Assembly: GCA_964016885.1 (NCBI GenBank)
Contig: OZ024741.1
Location: forward strand, 210,056,001 to 210,120,000
Source of the DNA: Eledone cirrhosa
Lineage: Eukaryota
DNA: 64,000 bases
Direction of reading: 5' to 3'
Shown: in pieces, positions 59,749 through 64,000 of the stretch
How the letters are laid out: every line of letters begins with the position of its first letter
How positions within the stretch are numbered: position 1 is the first letter of the stretch
The notes under the pieces: generated by a model
Database searches by the model: none
What the model saw: only the letters and a program-made list of their open reading frames with translations
What the model was told of the DNA's origin: nothing
Made by a program: the position numbers and the translations under genes

Positions 59749-62700
59749 TGATAGAGTAAGACACGCTTCACATCGGCTCCGCTATTCCATCGGGATTTAC
59801 CCTTACTATTGTAAGTACCGGATAAATTTTTCAGTGCAACACATTTGGAACACTAACCCCTGTTTTTTAGGGAAACATTTTTGCATTTACCCCCTTTTTA
59901 GGGGGTAAAATAAATATCTATTTTTGCCGAAAAATTTCTTTCTTGGCAGCATGGCGGAAAAGATGGCAGACATGTCTGCCATTAGCTCTGCCACGCCCCC
60001 CAAGTCTGAAGAACAAAAAATAATTACAACAAAATTAGACAATGAAACAAACAAAGAAAAGGAAAAAACAAATGTTAAGGAAAATGAGCAAACAGAAAAC
60101 AAACAAACAGAAAATAATACAAATAACAACAGGGCAACTTTCGCCCAGAAAACAAAACAATCCATTACATACACACCAATTGACCTAACTGCCGCCAGAG
60201 AAAAACTGGCCGAAGCAAAGAAACACATTGTTTTGGGGGAGAACGGAATGTTTTCCATTAACTCCCACCCCAGAATTCAAGAAAGCCAGAACAGAAAGCA
60301 CAGTTCTCTACAGAACTATACTGAACCAGACAAGAAAGCCAGCACAGCCCAGCCAAATGGAAATAGAGTTAGTCCTAAAAGACTATATGAAGAATATTCT
60401 CTTCATACGAAAGGACCGACTCTATGGCAGCATTTCGGTCCTAACAAGAGACAAGGAAACGGCGGAGAAGCTTTCCCTAAGCCCACTCTCATCGACAACA
60501 TATAGCTTCTATCCCTCCTACATGGGTAGAAGAACACAGAGAGTAAAAGTAAAAACAATGCTGCCCACAATGGACTTCTGGTGGGCTATTGCTGGCTTCA
60601 TTGATATGGGCGAAGACACTATGCTGTCAATGGGGAAGGCAACTGGAGATGCGTTCCTGGGAATGGGCCTCGACATACTAGTCCAAATGAGGCCCGAAAG
60701 AATAGCACAAATCCCGGATCGCATCTGGCTGGATGACCTTACCCCAATAGACATAATTGTAGAGGGGAGAAGACCAGCATGCTATTTATGCATGGACAGG
60801 GGACACGTTAAGGCTAACTGCCCGAAACGTATCCCCCAAAAAGGACTATTGCCCACACCCACCACAAACAGTACACCAGCACCACCCACCTCCAAAAATA
60901 CACTAATACCACACACAGCAAACAAAATATAGACACCACCAACCACAAACACAACACAAACATCACCACCACCAGCACCAAACACAAGCACGACACAAAA
61001 ATCACCACCACCAACCACAACACAAACATCACCACCACCATTACCAACCACAAGCACGACACAAACATTACCACCACCACCACCACAAAACCCATTCCAA
61101 ACAAATAATAAAAAAAACAGTAACAAATCTACCCCTCCCGCAAAAAAAAAACAACCACACAACACGTCCCTCCCACCTAGCGCTGAAGAGTTTCCCCCAA
61201 CTTCTGAAGAAGAAGGAGGAGAAGCCTTCAGACAAGTTAAAAGAAAAAAAAGAAAACACACACCCAGCACACCACAAATAACCCACACACAAACACCAAC
61301 TCCAATCAAAAACACCCCACCCTCAACAAACAAAAATAAATCTGCGCCTCCCCTCTCCGAAACATTGACAGCATCACAAAAAAAGACGTTGCAATACACA
61401 TATATAAATAAAGAAAACAAAAAACTGGTTAAATTAATAAACAATAACCCTATGGTGCAGACCGAAGGGCCAAACTTTATCTCAACAGAGAACTTCACCC
61501 ATTTAAAAATGATAAAGGTCCCTCTGGACCTTTATCGTTCCTTAAAAGAACAATTTAGACGGGACGTGAGCCCCCCCTGTTTAAAACCGTTGAATCGCGT
61601 CCTCTTGAAAGATTTCCCCATAACCGCCCCTCTCCCTGACACAACTCCAAATACCCCAACCCCACCACACACGTGTACCCCCACACCACCACAAAACATC
61701 CCTCCACCCAACACACCTGATGCCATGGAAATTACGCAACCCGGAGAGGTAAGTGCTTTTCTTTCTTCACTTTCAACACCAAAATAGATCAATTGAGAGT
61801 TGGCTGTTTGAACGCGCGTGGCCTGAGCTCAGCTTGGAAGCAAGCAAAGCTTCTAAATGACCTCAGGTCACAAAGTATAGATGTGATGGTTGTTTGCGAG
61901 AGTCGGATCAGCAGCGTGAGACAGCTGGCGCCCGCCTTCGATGACTTTGAGATGCACGCATCTCTCTGTCAACCCGGAGGCGGGGGGGGGGGGGAGTTGC
62001 CGTACTGCTGGATAAACGTCTGACTCTCGACGTACAGATTGTTCACTCGGACGCGGGGGGTCGATTACTGGTGCTGGACGTCGGAGGTGGTGAAGGCGGG
62101 GCTTTCAGACTGGTCGGTCTTTATGCTCCCTTCGGGGCGGAGAGAGCCGACTTCTTCCAACGTCTGGAGACTTTTCTAGGAACGTCGCGTTCCCTGCTTT
62201 TAGTGGGGGACTGGAATGGAATCCTAGATGCGCGTTGGGACTATGCAGGGGCATGTCCCGATAGAGGGGGGTGTAGCAGCCTCAAGGGGTTACTTGATCG
62301 ATTCGACCTGGTCGATAGATTTCGACTAGATTGTCCAACTGCGCCAACCTGGACCTGGGCAAACCGCAGTGGACAATCTAGATCGTACCTAGATAGGTTT
62401 TTGGTTAGGAGTAAGGATAGGGACGTATTTAGTTGTCCAGAACTGATCATGGTTGGCTATTCAGATCACAAATTAGTGACCTGCGTGGTCAACCTTGATA
62501 GAACGCATAGACAGGGTCCCGGTTACTGGAAGATGAACTTGTCCTTACCGACAAAGAAAGATTACAGAAACCGGATTAGTAGCTTAGTTAAGATGCGGTT
62601 GACGGGAGCGATCGTCAACAGTAGGTGGTGGATATCTCTAAAGAGAGAGATTAGAGTAAGTTCGATAGGTTACAGTAAGGAACTAGCGGCGAATAGAAAT

Positions 62701-64000
62701 AGGAGGGAAAGGGAGTTAACAGATAAACTAGAAGAGGCGATTAGGAGCGGAGACGTAGCCAGAGTGTTAGCGACGAGAACGGCATTGAGCCAGTTCTTTG
62801 ACGCGAAGCACGAAGGCTGCGTTGTCCGAAGTAAAATACGTGCTTTAGGAAACGAGGGGACCAAAGCTGTTAGCTGGGCCCGCGTGACAGAAGCCAAGAG
62901 TGGGATTAAATCCACCATTCGGTCTTTGCGAGACCAGGATGGACGGGTGATCCTTGAACCTGAGCGAATGTGCGAGACCTTTCAAAGGCACTTTGCTCGA
63001 CTGTTCGGAGGTGGCGGGGGGCCGGACGGGGATGTGGACTTCGGTCCATACCTCGACGGTCTACCGCGTCTTTCGAGCGGCGAAGCGGAGTGCTGCGAAG
63101 GGCCAATCACAGCCACAGAAATCGGGGAAGCGCTCAGCCAATGCAGCAGACGCAAATCCCCGGGTCTCGATGGTCTACCATACGAACTTTATTTAGCTAT
63201 GCCGGTCTTGTTCTCCGAACTCATCGAGGCTGTCTATTGCAACTGGCAACAGAACGGGAGAATTCCCTGTTCTGTGACCAAGGGCGTGGTCACGCTAGTG
63301 AGGAAGGACGAGAGCAAGGGGGACGACTTAAGTAACTTTAGGCCCATAACTCTGCTGAATGCAGAGTTACAGATTTTGGCCAAGGTGTTGGCGAAGAGGT
63401 TGGCGCTTGTGGTGGGTGGTTTGGTGGGAGACGCGCAGACATGCGCTATCCCGTCCAGGTCCATTCACGACAACCTCCACCTCATGCGATACATCATAGA
63501 GAGGGTTGGCTACGAACCCGGCTTTGGTGGGGCCCTGATCAACTTGGATCAATCTAAGGCGTTCGATAGGGTCGACCATGGTTACCTGGATGCGGTGCTA
63601 GCGGCGGCGGGCTTCGGACCCGTTTTCAGGGGCTGGATTTCTGCCATGCACAGTGGCAACATCTACTCTAGGATTAAAGTAAACGGCTACCTCTCGGAGC
63701 CGTTTCAAATCACCCGATCCATCAGACAGGGGTGCCCCCTCTCCTCCCTTCTGTACGTATTGACTCTCGAGCCACTGCTGCGGAAGTTGGAGTTGCTGCG
63801 GGGCATACCCCTGGAACCGGGATTGCACAAAGCGGTCTCGGCCTACGCCGACGACGTAACAGTAATGGTGGCGGACGCCTCGGAAATCGGGGCGATCGCC
63901 ACCCTACTGGAGGAATACGAAAGGCTGACGGGGGCTAAGCTGAACCAGGACAAGTCAGTCGGTTTGCAACTCGGAACGTGGAGGGGCAAACCGATGCCGT
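59749..64000 (+). mobile_element. Tx1-type element with intact 5' end, running off the window (ORF1 ~59951-61787; ORF2 ~61784 to >64000)
   Basis: ORF1 CCHC knuckle CYLCMDRGHVKANC; ORF2 APE (CLNARGL, LYAP, VGDWN, SDH) and RT through AYADD; frameshift at G-run 61982-61994, apparently open afterwards. Confidence 0.95.

Overview
Repeat-saturated eukaryotic DNA, probably intergenic or intronic. The extreme (TA)n/(CA)n load and the SINE type suggest an octopus-like mollusc (inference). No host protein-coding gene is supportable, and almost all listed ORFs are microsatellite translations. Real coding remnants are all retroelements: an RTE LINE with a nested RTE fragment (8.4-10.7 kb), a restriction-like-endonuclease (REL) non-LTR fragment (7.75-8.3 kb), a Penelope-like element with a GIY-YIG endonuclease (40.4-42.8 kb) and at least four L1/Tx1-type elements stacked at (ATCT)n tails (33.7-37.5 kb and 50.5-64 kb). 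The main hidden signal is about 30 type I hammerhead ribozyme (HHR) motifs, intact or decayed, found by eye between 0.2 and 44.6 kb. They sit in many distinct short non-coding elements, nearly all at or near (TA)n tracts. The clearest case is a near-identical 310-bp array (about 6 minus-sense plus 4 plus-sense copies, 10 HHRs). Several of these elements share the head-to-head inverted, 3'-ends-outward architecture of the neighbouring Penelope-like element. This suggests a family of (TA)n-targeted, Penelope-mobilised retrozyme-like elements, possibly copied from circular RNAs. A second candidate system is an (ATCT)n-associated Tx1 LINE family with a tiny tRNA-Glu-derived partner SINE. All folding and alignment was done manually; nothing was computed or searched.
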